Notes under the pieces: generated by a model
Database searches by the model: none
Told to the model about the DNA's origin: nothing
Seen by the model: the letters and a program-made list of their open reading frames with translations, nothing else
Shown here: piece by piece, positions 1-9,243 of the stretch
Position numbering within the stretch: the first letter of the stretch is position 1
How the letters are laid out: each line of letters begins with the position of its first letter
Program-made: the position numbers and the translations under genes
Assembly: GCF_000021565.1 (NCBI RefSeq)
Contig: NC_012440.1
Location: forward strand, 1,858,373-1,890,372
Source of the DNA: Persephonella marina EX-H1
Lineage (GTDB): Bacteria; Aquificota; Aquificia; Aquificales; Hydrogenothermaceae
Reading direction: 5' to 3'
DNA: 32,000 bases

Positions 1-228
1 CCATAGAGTGTTAAAACCTTTCATCCTTTTGTATCTTACAGTTATATCCTGGAGTGTCATGTTAAGTGCATGGCCTATATGAAGGCTTCCTGTCACGTTT
101 GGAGGTGGCATAACAACTGAAAAGTAAGGTTTATCTGAGGAACTGTCTGCGGTAAATATAGCTGATTTTAACCATTCTTTATACCATCTATTTTCTATCT
201 CTGAAGGTTTATACTCTCCAAGTGGCAA
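1..228 (-). CDS. valS: Valyl-tRNA synthetase, N-terminal part (runs off the left edge of the window)
   Basis: Minus-strand translation from a TTG start at 228..226 gives LPLGEYKPSEIENRWYKEW...FSVVMPPPNVTGSLHIGHALNMTLQDITVRYKRMKGFNTLW, the ValRS HIGH-motif region. AGGAGG lies just upstream of the start. Confidence 0.93.
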   Translation of the reverse strand, partial: MPLGEYKPSEIENRWYKEWLKSAIFTADSSSDKPYFSVVMPPPNVTGSLHIGHALNMTLQDITVRYKRMKGFNTLW

Positions 229-262
229 TTTTTTCCTCCTGGTATCAAAGTTTTGGATTTAT

Positions 263-268
263 ATTATA
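263..268 (-). promoter_or_regulatory. Possible -10 box (TATAAT on minus strand) for valS
   Basis: Perfect TATAAT on the minus strand about 35 nt upstream of the start. No convincing -35 box was found. Confidence 0.3.
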
Positions 269-301
269 ACTTATGTTCTGTTTTTATTTTTTCAGCAGAT
301 T

Positions 302-892
302 TTATTTATTTTTGAAAATCTTTTCAAACGCCATAACTCTTGACGAACTGAAGCTATCAAGGAATTTACTCAGACTCTCAGACTCTAATCTGTATCTTTT
401 AAGAAGATCTGTGTAAATCTCAAAGTTCTCACTTATATCTTTAAAAAGATCTATAAAAAGCAGTGCATCATTAAGCATTGAGAAATAATCCTTCTCCTTT
501 TCAGCCTTAATAATATCTCCATATTTTTTATCAAGGTAGTAGTAAGCTTTCCAGTAGTTAAGCTTGCCTGCATTTATGTAGTCTTCTTCTTTTAGAGGTC
601 TATTCTGTCTGTTTATCCATTCTGTGAAAAATCCAACAAGTATAAGGGAGACATCTCCCCTTGCCTTGTAAAGTCTGAAAGTATCCGTCTCTTTAACATC
701 AATAAGATATCTCGGTATTGATCTGTAATACTCTGCCAGAACACCTGAAATATAAGATATTATCTGGATTGATATGGATATCTTCTCTTTTTCTGAAAAC
801 TCTTTAAGTGTTTCCTTCAGATGTCTCTTTAAAAAATCAAGCTCATTCTGTCCCATACTTATAAATTCTTTTTCAAAAATTTTAATTTTCAA
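302..892 (-). CDS. Hypothetical protein (196 aa), mostly helical, soluble
   Basis: Open ORF with coding-like composition and the same strand as valS. No recognised family motif. Confidence 0.75.
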   Translation of the reverse strand: MKIKIFEKEFISMGQNELDFLKRHLKETLKEFSEKEKISISIQIISYISGVLAEYYRSIPRYLIDVKETDTFRLYKARGDVSLILVGFFTEWINRQNRPLKEEDYINAGKLNYWKAYYYLDKKYGDIIKAEKEKDYFSMLNDALLFIDLFKDISENFEIYTDLLKRYRLESESLSKFLDSFSSSRVMAFEKIFKNK

Positions 893-939
893 GTCCGTTT
901 ATGGTTTAATTTTCGGTATATAAAAAAGGAGGTTTAGCC

Positions 940-1536
940 ATGGGGAGATATTTATCTGCCTTTTTAATCACAGTTTTTACAGTCTTTTTATCTTACGGAT
1001 CAGAGATAGGACTTAAATTAGGCTATTCAACGCTTTCTTACTCTTCCGTAGCAACAGGTGAGAGTAAGGATATCAACTTTACACTAACAGGATCTATCTA
1101 TTTTGATTATGATATTCCTTTGTCTGACACGACAGCATTTTCGCCATCTTTCCAGATTGATTACGCTTATAAAACTATAGATTATGTTTATCTTTACGGT
1201 CATGGTTATGCTGAAGAGAAATTCACTTACACAGGTTTTGAGATAAATGGTAAAGGGAAAGCATTTCTTACAAGGGCTTTTATGATTTATGCCGGCGGTG
1301 GCATATCTATGAACAGATTTGCTGTGGATTACACACTTGAATCAGGAGGAACTCTCACATCTGACGAGGAGACATATTTAGGGTTTCAGGGCTTTGCAGG
1401 TTTCCAGTTTATGATAACAAAGATGTTGGGATTAGGTGCTGAATACAAATATAAGGTTTACAACGATGACTCTACAGATTACACATTTGATAATCAGAGC
1501 TTTATACTTGCAAATATTTTTATAAGATTTAAATAA
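940..1536 (+). CDS. Outer-membrane beta-barrel / porin-family protein
   Basis: N-terminal signal peptide, then alternating amphipathic strands with many aromatic/Gly residues (GYSTLSYSS..., GLGAEYKYKVYNDDSTDYTFDNQSFILANIFIRFK) ending in a terminal-strand-like aromatic. RBS 'aaggagg' upstream. Confidence 0.8.
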   Translation: MGRYLSAFLITVFTVFLSYGSEIGLKLGYSTLSYSSVATGESKDINFTLTGSIYFDYDIPLSDTTAFSPSFQIDYAYKTIDYVYLYGHGYAEEKFTYTGFEINGKGKAFLTRAFMIYAGGGISMNRFAVDYTLESGGTLTSDEETYLGFQGFAGFQFMITKMLGLGAEYKYKVYNDDSTDYTFDNQSFILANIFIRFK

Positions 1537-1539
1537 TAA

Positions 1540-1558
1540 GGGGCATAAGCCCCCTTTT
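1540..1558. terminator. Bidirectional intrinsic terminator between convergent genes
   Basis: GGGGC-ATAA-GCCCC stem with one extra C, flanked by TTTT on plus. It sits between the stops at 1536 (+) and 1557 (-). Confidence 0.7.
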
Positions 1559-2759
1559 ATCTCTTGTTTGCTTTCGCAAAAACCTTAAGTGGAAGTCCCC
1601 ATATCTTCGTGAACATCTCCCCAGCTTTATGGTCAAACTCATCCTCAGGACTGTACGTTGCAAGTGTCTCAAAGTAAAGACCGTTTGGTGATTTTCTGCC
1701 AACTATCTGTGCATTTCCTTTGTAAAGCTTGAATCTCACAGTTCCATTTACAAGCTGTGCTATCTCAGATGTAAAAGCATCAAGAGCCTCTCTAAGTTTT
1801 GAGAACCACAGACCGTTGTAAACAAGATCAGCATAAGGCTGTGATATATGTGTCAGTTTGTAATGGTATGTAAATCTGTCTAAAACGAGACTCTCTATCT
1901 CATCATACGCTTTTATCAGTATAATTCCCGCCGGTGACTCATAAACCTCCCTTGACTTTATCCCAACAAGCCTGTTCTCTACCATATCTATTCTTCCAAC
2001 GCCGTGTTTTCCAGCTATCTCATTAAGATCCCATATAAGCTTCCACAGCTGATCGTATCTCTTCCCATTTATGGCTACAGGAACCCCTTTCTCAAACTGG
2101 ATCTCAAGATATTCTGGACTGTCAGGTGCATTCTCAGGATTTACAGTTATCTCAAAAGCATCCTCTGGTGGTTCTGCCCATATATCCTCAAGGGGACCGG
2201 CTTCTATTGCAACACCCCACAGATTTCTATCGTAGGAGTAAGGCTTCTCTTTTGTTGCCTTTACAGGAATGCCGTGTTTTAATGCGTACTCTATCTCTTC
2301 TTCCCTTGATTTAAACTCCCAATCCCTTACAGGGGCAAGAACTTCAATATCAGGATCAAGGGCCCACACAGAAGACTCAAACCTTACCTGATCGTTACCT
2401 TTTCCTGTTGAGCCGTGAGCCACATAATGGGCATCATACCTGTGTGCAAGCTCAACAAGTTTTTTAGAGATCAGTGGTCTTGAAAGAGCTGAAAGGAGAG
2501 TGTATCTTCCTTCATAAAGTGCTCCCGATCTCATAAGGGGCATACAGTACTCCCTTGCAAACTCCTCCTTTATATCATCTATTATCGCCTCTACAGCTCC
2601 TGATGCCTTCGCCTTTTCCTCTATCTCATCAAGCTCCTCACCCTGTCCTACATCAGCTGTGTATGTTATCACCTCAAAGCCTTTATCTGTAAGCCATCTG
2701 ACAATAACAGAAGTGTCAAGACCACCTGAATAAGCCAAAACAACTCTCTTTTTCAACAA
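1557..2759 (-). CDS. argG: Argininosuccinate synthase
   Basis: [21 protein letters not shown] P-loop and conserved [22 protein letters not shown], and [22 protein letters not shown] motifs. Confidence 0.98.
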   Translation of the reverse strand: [400 protein letters not shown]

Positions 2760-2823
2760 TTTACCTCCTCAGTGTAATGGAAGATATAATTATATCAGGA
2801 TTTCACTTTATAAAGAGGTATTT

Positions 2824-3861
2824 ATGGAAGAGATACTGAGATTAATAGAAAAGGGAGACATTCCTCAGGCTTTCAAAAAGGCTGAAAGCTACCCCTATCC
2901 AGAGAACATACTTTATAAAGCTGTGATACATTTTCACACAGGAAACAATATAAAAGCTAAGGAGCTTTTGAAAAAGTATATAAATCTGGATAAAAACAAC
3001 CCTGAGAGTTACTACTACCTTGGAAGTATATACCTAGAGGAAGGAAATCCTGAGAAAGCTGTAAAGTATCTTAAAAAGGCTGTTGAGAAAGGAAAAAAGG
3101 CTGAATACTTTAATGATCTCGGTTATGCTTACTTTCTGAAAGGAGATCCTGAAAAGGCTATTAAGTGTTACACAAAAGCTATAGAGATAAAACCTGATCT
3201 TGCTGTAGCCTACTACAACAGAGGTCTGGCTTTCAAAAAGATGGGAGATTATGATGAAGCTGTAAAAAATTATAACAGAGCTATAGCTTTAAACCCTGAA
3301 GATCCTGATTACTACTACAACCTTGGTATCGTTTACAGGATAAAAGGTGACCTGCAAAAGGCTGTAAACTGCTACAAAAAGGCGATAGAGATCAATCCAG
3401 AAAATGAAAACTACTACAACAATCTCGGAAATGTTTATTACGATATGAAGGATTACAAAAAGGCTGTTGAGTGTTATAAAAAAGCTGTAGAGATAAATCC
3501 ATTGTTCTTTTTAGGCTGGCAGAACCTTGGAAATACATATCTTGATATGGGAGATTATGAAAAAGCGGTAAAAGCATTCAAAAAAGCCCTAAAGATAGAT
3601 AAAAGATCAGCAGAATGTTACATGGATATGGGAATAGCATTAAAGGAGCTTGGAAGATATGATGAGGCATTAAAGGCATATGAAAAAGCAGAACAGATAA
3701 ATCCTGATCTCAAGGCTCTATCCCTTTACAACAAAGCATGCCTTTATGCATCAAAAGGTGATAAGGAAAAGGCTTTAAAATTGCTGAAAGAATCCTTTTC
3801 AATTGATCCATCACTGAAAGATTACGCAAAAACAGATCCTGATCTTAAAGGGATTGTATAG
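2824..3861 (+). CDS. TPR-repeat protein (about 9 tandem 34-aa units), no signal peptide
   Basis: Repeated motifs such as AYYNRGLAFKKMGDYDEAVKNYNRAIALNPEDP and NYYNNLGNVYYDMKDYKKAVECYKKAVEINP. Confidence 0.93.
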   Translation: MEEILRLIEKGDIPQAFKKAESYPYPENILYKAVIHFHTGNNIKAKELLKKYINLDKNNPESYYYLGSIYLEEGNPEKAVKYLKKAVEKGKKAEYFNDLGYAYFLKGDPEKAIKCYTKAIEIKPDLAVAYYNRGLAFKKMGDYDEAVKNYNRAIALNPEDPDYYYNLGIVYRIKGDLQKAVNCYKKAIEINPENENYYNNLGNVYYDMKDYKKAVECYKKAVEINPLFFLGWQNLGNTYLDMGDYEKAVKAFKKALKIDKRSAECYMDMGIALKELGRYDEALKAYEKAEQINPDLKALSLYNKACLYASKGDKEKALKLLKESFSIDPSLKDYAKTDPDLKGIV

Positions 3862-3927
3862 TTTTATGTTGTATATCATTCATCTTGATGATCTCTTATT
3901 CTATTCTCTATTAAAAAGGAGAAAGTT

Positions 3928-4950
3928 ATGCTTTATAAAGAGTTTCTTGATTACAGGCTTTCAGAGATCGGTATAGGAACGTATCTTGGGGCATCTGATC
4001 AGGATACTGACATAAGATACTACGAAACTATAACAGAAGGGATACAGAAAGGGATAAATGTTATAGACACAGCTATAAACTACAGGAATATGAGAAGTGA
4101 GAAGGTAATAGGGGATGTTCTAAAAAATATAAATAGAGAAAAGGTGGTAATATCAACAAAAGGAGGATACATACCTGTCCCTTACTACATAGATGAAGAT
4201 CCTACACAGTGGTTTAAAAGGGAGTTTGTCCAGAAGGAGATAGTCTCACCAAAGGAGATCACAGAAACAGGAAATATAATCACTCCAAGATTTATAGACT
4301 GGTCATTTGAAAAAAGTCTTGAGAATCTAAACACAGAGTATATTGATGTATACTTTCTTCACAATCCTGAGGATCAGCTTTTAAAGTTCAACAGGGATAC
4401 ATTCTATAAAAAAATATGGACCGTTTTCAGACTTCTTGAAGGGAAGGTTCATGAAGGAAAGCTGAAATACTACGGTCTTGCAACATGGAACGGACTTAGA
4501 GTTCCAGAGGATCATCAACAGCATATAGACCTGAAAAAGATCTTTGATATAGCAAGAGAGGTTGGTGGGGAAAACCACCATTTCAGATTTATACAGCTTC
4601 CATATAACATAGCGATGATAGAGGCTTACACACTTAAAAACCAGAGAATAAACGGGAAATCTCTAACAACATTTGAGGCTTCAAAGCGTTTAGGCCTTTA
4701 CACATATATAAGCTCACCTTTGATGCAGAGAAGACTTGTAAGACCTGTTCATCAACAGATACTGGAGAGATTCAGGGTAAAAAAGTTCTCACATATACCT
4801 ATACAGTTTGTGAGAAGTACAGAAGGCGTTGGAACTGTTCTGATAGGTATGAGCAGAAAGGAGCATCTTATTGAAAATCTTGAGATACAGGAAATTCCAC
4901 ATTTAAAACCTGAAGAGATAGATAGTATGATTAAAGAGAGAGGTTACTGA
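3928..4950 (+). CDS. Aldo/keto reductase family protein
   Basis: GIGTYLG, NVIDTAINYRNMRSEKVIG, SLENLNTEYIDVYFLHNP, and GKLKYYGLATWNG: the AKR catalytic Asp/Tyr and YIDxxxLH motifs. Confidence 0.88.
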   Translation: MLYKEFLDYRLSEIGIGTYLGASDQDTDIRYYETITEGIQKGINVIDTAINYRNMRSEKVIGDVLKNINREKVVISTKGGYIPVPYYIDEDPTQWFKREFVQKEIVSPKEITETGNIITPRFIDWSFEKSLENLNTEYIDVYFLHNPEDQLLKFNRDTFYKKIWTVFRLLEGKVHEGKLKYYGLATWNGLRVPEDHQQHIDLKKIFDIAREVGGENHHFRFIQLPYNIAMIEAYTLKNQRINGKSLTTFEASKRLGLYTYISSPLMQRRLVRPVHQQILERFRVKKFSHIPIQFVRSTEGVGTVLIGMSRKEHLIENLEIQEIPHLKPEEIDSMIKERGY

Positions 4951-5018
4951 TTATTATCATTTGCATATTCTAATTTTTGATAATATTGTATTTACAACAA
5001 AAAATAAATCCGGAGAAG

Positions 5019-6338
5019 ATGAGAAAACTTAAAGTAGCATTTTCAACTTTAGGATGCAGGATGAACCAGTTTGAGACCTCTGCTATAGAGGAAAAGTTTG
5101 AAAGAGAAGGGTATACTCTGACAGATTTCAGGGATAAAGCTGATATATACGTTATAAACACATGCACAGTAACAAATGATGCTGACAGGACATCAAGAAA
5201 GACTATAAGACAGGCAAAGAGAAGAAATCCTGATGCTGTTGTTGTTGTGACAGGATGTTACGCCCAGGTAAGTCCAGATAAACTCGCCCAGATGGAAGAG
5301 ATAGATCTTGTTATAGGAAATTCACATAAAGATGCTGTTTTTGAGATAGTGGAAAACTTCATAAATGAGAGAAGACAGGATAAGGTTTTTATAGACAATA
5401 TATTCAGACAGAATGAGTTTAAAACATTCCAGATTTCAACATTTTATGAAGGATCAAGACCTATACTTAAAGTTCAGGAAGGATGCAACAGCTTCTGTTC
5501 ATTCTGTATAATCCCATTTGCAAGGGGGAAGGTCAGAAGTGCAAAAACAGAAGAGGTTGTAAAACAGATAAGTATACTTGTTGAAAGAGGGTTTAAAGAG
5601 ATCGTTCTGACAGGAACACAGCTTTCACAGTTTGGATACGATAATGGGGAAGATCTGTACAGCCTTCTAAAAGATATAGTAAAAATAAAGGATCTTTACA
5701 GAGTAAGACTTTCATCTATGGGGATAAATGAGCTTGATGATAAACTTATAGATCTTATAACATCTGAGGAAAAGATAGCCCCTCACTTCCATCTCTCTAT
5801 ACAGTCAGCAGATGATAAGGTTCTGAAAGATATGAAAAGGGATTACACAGTAAAAGAGTACATAGAAAAGGTTGAAAGTATAATCAAAAGAAGACCTGAG
5901 ACAGCTATAGGAACGGATATCATAACAGGATTTCCAACAGAGGACGAGAAATCATTTGAAAACAGTCTGAAGAATATAGAAGATATCCCATTTGCATACA
6001 TACATGTTTTCACATACTCAGAGAGAAAAGGAACAACAGCTTCTAAAATAGGTGATCTTGTTCCACCACAGGAGAAGAAAAGGAGAACAGCCATACTCAG
6101 AGAAATATCAGAGAAGAAAAGTATTGAGTTCAGAAAAAGATTTCTGAACAATGATCTTGAGGTTCTTATAATCTCAGAAAAAGATGGAAAAAAGGTAGGA
6201 ATAACAGGAAACTACATACATATAAAGTTTGATTCAGAAAAGGATATAAACCAGATAACATCTGTTAGACTTACAGAGGTAGGAAGGGAAAGGGAAGACA
6301 ACAGAGGTGTTGAGTTGAAAAAGGAGGTACTGGTATGA
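5019..6338 (+). CDS. mtaB: tRNA (N6-threonylcarbamoyladenosine(37)-C2)-methylthiotransferase, MtaB-like radical SAM enzyme
   Basis: STLGCRMNQFET N-terminus, NTCTVTNDADRTSRKTIR, VTGCYAQ, EGCNSFCSFCIIPFARGKVRS (CxxxCxxC), and TDIITGFPTE. The ORF track starts at 4977, but ATG at 5019 with GGAG upstream looks better. Confidence 0.93.
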   Translation: MRKLKVAFSTLGCRMNQFETSAIEEKFEREGYTLTDFRDKADIYVINTCTVTNDADRTSRKTIRQAKRRNPDAVVVVTGCYAQVSPDKLAQMEEIDLVIGNSHKDAVFEIVENFINERRQDKVFIDNIFRQNEFKTFQISTFYEGSRPILKVQEGCNSFCSFCIIPFARGKVRSAKTEEVVKQISILVERGFKEIVLTGTQLSQFGYDNGEDLYSLLKDIVKIKDLYRVRLSSMGINELDDKLIDLITSEEKIAPHFHLSIQSADDKVLKDMKRDYTVKEYIEKVESIIKRRPETAIGTDIITGFPTEDEKSFENSLKNIEDIPFAYIHVFTYSERKGTTASKIGDLVPPQEKKRRTAILREISEKKSIEFRKRFLNNDLEVLIISEKDGKKVGITGNYIHIKFDSEKDINQITSVRLTEVGREREDNRGVELKKEVLV

Positions 6339-6922
6339 GATATGTAAATCTGATCATCTCATTTATGATCTTTATATCTTTCAGTTTTGGTATAACAGAT
6401 AAACAGCTTGATGATCTTATAGGGAAAGATTACAAAACATTCAGAGGGATTGATGAGACAGGTAAAGTTGTTAATATAAAATCTCTCATAAAAGAGGGAA
6501 AACCGGCTGTAATAATCTTTTTCGCTTTAGGAGATAAACCTGGAACGTTTGACTTTCTCCCTAAGATGAACGCTCTTTACGACAGATACGGAAGAAATGT
6601 AACATTTGTAGCTGTTCTTCTTAGCAGATCTTCACCTGAAGAGGTAAAACAGCTTAAAAAGATGCTTCCTTTAAAGATCCCTGTTTTACTTGCATACAAT
6701 GAGACGATAAAAAGATACAGCATCTCAAAGGTTGATGTTCCATATATAGTTTTTATTGATAAAAACGGAAAGATAAAAAGGATAATCTTGAGACCTGAAT
6801 CAACGATGATAAAAGAAAGACCTGATGTTGACCACTCAGATTATGAAAATAAGACACAGAATGAGAGGATAAAATCAAGTATCCAGATAATAGAAAAATA
6901 CATAAAGGATATTGGAGGATAG
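6335..6922 (+). CDS. Exported thioredoxin/redoxin-fold protein lacking the CxxC motif
   Basis: Signal peptide MRYVNLIISFMIFISFSFG, then KPAVIIFFALGDKPGTFDFLPKMNALYDRYGRNVTFVAVLL...VPYIVFIDKNGKIKRIILRPES, the typical TlpA/redoxin fold order. No Cys in the ORF. Confidence 0.72.
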   Translation: MRYVNLIISFMIFISFSFGITDKQLDDLIGKDYKTFRGIDETGKVVNIKSLIKEGKPAVIIFFALGDKPGTFDFLPKMNALYDRYGRNVTFVAVLLSRSSPEEVKQLKKMLPLKIPVLLAYNETIKRYSISKVDVPYIVFIDKNGKIKRIILRPESTMIKERPDVDHSDYENKTQNERIKSSIQIIEKYIKDIGG

Positions 6923-6923
6923 G

Positions 6924-7178
6924 ATGGAAAACGTCCAGAATATAAACCTGATCCTTGATATAGATATTGATAGAGAAAGCGAGGAAGATATAGCATCTGC
7001 TTTTTCTAAGGCCATTGAAGAAAAAGGATTCAAGCTTTCAGATAATACAGTATCACTGAGGAACAACAGACTAAGCTCCATAAGAGCTGTTGATACAGCC
7101 TCTGGTGAAGAGGTTGAGATGTATGCATTTTCCAGATCTGTAAACGGAAAAACGATAATCTCTTTAAAAATAATCTAA
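6924..7178 (+). CDS. Small conserved-looking hypothetical protein (84 aa from the ATG)
   Basis: ORF between two colinear genes. Track start 6912 is TTG; ATG at 6924 is preceded by GGAGG. Confidence 0.7.
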   Translation: MENVQNINLILDIDIDRESEEDIASAFSKAIEEKGFKLSDNTVSLRNNRLSSIRAVDTASGEEVEMYAFSRSVNGKTIISLKII

Positions 7179-7189
7179 GGAGGGGAAAG

Positions 7190-7570
7190 TTGAAAAGGTT
7201 TATTCTGACAGCTGTCTTATTCGCGTTTTACATGAATATCTCAACAGCTTTTGAGAATGTCTCGGCGGAGAAGTTCAGGGAACTGATGAAAAGAAAGGAT
7301 GTGATAATACTTGATGTGAGAACACCTCAGGAATATGAAAAGGACGGTCATATAAAGGGAGCAAATCTTCTACCTGTCCAGTTATTCCAGTATATATACC
7401 TTGCAGGATTAAGGGATAAAGATGTCCTCGTTTACTGCCGATCAGGAAATAGAAGCGTTACTGCAAGCAAGATGCTTGAACAGATGGGTCTGAAAAAGGT
7501 TTACAACCTGAAAGGCGGTATAAAAGAATGGAAATCAAAAGGATTTCCGGTAGAGTATGGCTGGAAGTAG
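7190..7570 (+). CDS. Exported rhodanese-like domain protein
   Basis: Signal peptide, VIILDVRTPQEYEKDGHIKGANLLP, and active-site loop VLVYCRSGNRS...MGLKKVYNLKGGIKEW. Confidence 0.92.
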   Translation: MKRFILTAVLFAFYMNISTAFENVSAEKFRELMKRKDVIILDVRTPQEYEKDGHIKGANLLPVQLFQYIYLAGLRDKDVLVYCRSGNRSVTASKMLEQMGLKKVYNLKGGIKEWKSKGFPVEYGWK

Positions 7571-8037
7571 TTACTGTATTCCTTTTATTTTCCACAATCT
7601 CTACTGCTGACCAGTTTGAGAGATGTTTTCTTGTATCATCTAAAAAATACGGTGTAAATATTCATCTTTTAAAAGCCATAGCAGAGGTTGAAAGTGGTAT
7701 GCAGCCCTATGCTGTAAATGTAAATCTGAAAGGTAAAAACAGGAGCTTTTTTATAAAAAACAGAAAGGTTGCATCAGAGTTTATAACATACCTTGAGAAA
7801 AAAGGTTACAACTTTGATGTTGGTATATCACAGATAAATATAAAAAATATAAGAAGATTTGGACTTTCTCCAGTAGAGCTTTTAGACCCCTGTAAAAATA
7901 TAGATCTATCTGCAAGGATAATGAGAGAGCTGATAGATAGACACGGCATGACATGGGATGCTGTATGGCGTTATAACGGGAATAAAAGATACGCTAAAAA
8001 AGTTCTTAAAGCTTTAAAAGAGATCAGGAAAAAATAA
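7528..8037 (+). CDS. Exported lytic transglycosylase (SLT domain, IagB/PilT-accessory-like)
   Basis: YGVNIHLLKAIAEVESGMQP..., YNFDVGISQINIKNIRRFGLSPVELLDPCKNIDLSARIM, and WRYNGNKRYAKKV. Overlaps the end of the rhodanese ORF by 43 nt; the exact start is uncertain. Confidence 0.85.
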   Translation: MEIKRISGRVWLEVVTVFLLFSTISTADQFERCFLVSSKKYGVNIHLLKAIAEVESGMQPYAVNVNLKGKNRSFFIKNRKVASEFITYLEKKGYNFDVGISQINIKNIRRFGLSPVELLDPCKNIDLSARIMRELIDRHGMTWDAVWRYNGNKRYAKKVLKALKEIRKK

Positions 8038-8044
8038 TACTGAT

Positions 8045-9232
8045 CTATATTCTGTTGTATATGATTATTCTCTGTGTCACCTTTTTCAGGTAGTTTTTTG
8101 TTTCATCATAGGGGAGTTTTCTCATAAGCCTGTCGTAAACCTCAGATGGACTCATTCTGTTTATAACCTCTGCAGCTTTTTTTATGTTTGTTGTTCCTGT
8201 AAAAGCTCTCGCAACATTCCCTGCTCCAGTGTTGTAAGCTGCGATAGTGCAGTAAAGTCTGCTTAATGGATGTTTTATATCCTTAAGGTAGTTGTAGTAG
8301 AGTATGTAAATATACGTTGTACCAACCATAATATTTTTTTCCTCATCATAGAGATAAGAGGGAGCTAAAAGAACAGGCCTTCCGTATATAAGTTTTGTCG
8401 CATCTTTCCCTGCTGTTGAAGGAACTATCTGCATAAGACCGTAAGCAGGAACAGGAGATCTTGCAAGAGGATTGAATGAGCTTTCTGTGTGAATGATAGC
8501 AAAAACAAGTGCGTGATTGAGTCTGTATCTTTCTGAATACCGGGTAACAACAGGTTTATACTCTTTTGCCTTCTTTATAAACCTTTTAGGTGGGAGTTTC
8601 ACCCTGAATGAGTAAACCTTTTCCCCTTTTATCTTTGATGGTTTTTCAACGACCCTTCCTGATCTGAGGAGAGAGACAACAGCCTTTGATATATCCTCAG
8701 GTCTGGGCTCTTTTTTATCAACAACCACATTCAGAAGAATAGGTTTTGGTCTTACCTTTCCTTTTTTTATATGTTTTGCCTTTTCAGTTATCCTTTTCTC
8801 AATTCTCTGTGAAAGCTTATCTCTTTCAAAAGCCTTTTTAGTATCCTCAGTTATAAGATCCATAAGGATTCTTGCAAGATCCTTTTTTGAAGGCTTTTTA
8901 ACATCCCTTATCTCAACCTTTATCTCCCCCTTCTCAAAATCAACAGCCTTTTTTACCCTGTAATCATCAGAGTACTCAACCCATTTCTTCTTCGTTGATA
9001 TCTCAGCCTCTTTCCAGTACTGTGATATCTCTTTTTTGTATCTCTCAAACTCCTCATATGTTATCCTCTTGTACTCCTCAAACTCCTTCATAACCTCTTT
9101 GTAGTACTGCTCATACTCTTTAAGCTCCTTTTCTTTAAACTGCTGAAACTCATTGAGATACTGCTGGTAATCATCTTCAGCGTATGAAAAGAAAATAAAT
9201 CCAGAAATTATCAAAACCAGTAATCCCCTCAT
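8045..9232 (-). CDS. Exported MltC-like lytic murein transglycosylase with long charged N-terminal region
   Basis: Signal peptide MRGLLVLIISGFIFFSYA, a Lys/Glu/Tyr-rich coiled region, and a C-terminal SLT domain: LNHALVFAIIHTESSFNPLARSPVPAYGLMQIVPSTAGKDATK ... LYCTIAAYNTGAGNVARAF. Confidence 0.9.
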   Translation of the reverse strand: MRGLLVLIISGFIFFSYAEDDYQQYLNEFQQFKEKELKEYEQYYKEVMKEFEEYKRITYEEFERYKKEISQYWKEAEISTKKKWVEYSDDYRVKKAVDFEKGEIKVEIRDVKKPSKKDLARILMDLITEDTKKAFERDKLSQRIEKRITEKAKHIKKGKVRPKPILLNVVVDKKEPRPEDISKAVVSLLRSGRVVEKPSKIKGEKVYSFRVKLPPKRFIKKAKEYKPVVTRYSERYRLNHALVFAIIHTESSFNPLARSPVPAYGLMQIVPSTAGKDATKLIYGRPVLLAPSYLYDEEKNIMVGTTYIYILYYNYLKDIKHPLSRLYCTIAAYNTGAGNVARAFTGTTNIKKAAEVINRMSPSEVYDRLMRKLPYDETKNYLKKVTQRIIIYNRI

Positions 9233-9243
9233 CTTAATCCCCC

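Noticed and set aside
2004-2314. ORFs on plus strand within argG (2004..2282, 2126..2314)
   Set aside because: Antisense to an unambiguous conserved gene, no family motifs, low-quality composition. Shadow ORFs.
2824-3861. Direct repeats at DNA level in the TPR gene considered as CRISPR or satellite repeats
   Set aside because: Periodicity is about 102 nt in frame and matches 34-aa TPR units. The repeats diverge at synonymous sites.
3392-5167. Minus-strand ORFs at 3392..3577, 4381..4581 and 4970..5167
   Set aside because: Antisense to TPR, aldo/keto reductase and mtaB genes. They are explained by codon bias in the sense genes.
8045-9232. Lys/Tyr/Glu-rich N-terminal half considered as a secreted amyloid or adhesin repeat
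   Set aside because: No regular curlin-like repeat with conserved Gln/Asn spacing. It looks like a charged coiled linker attached to an SLT domain.
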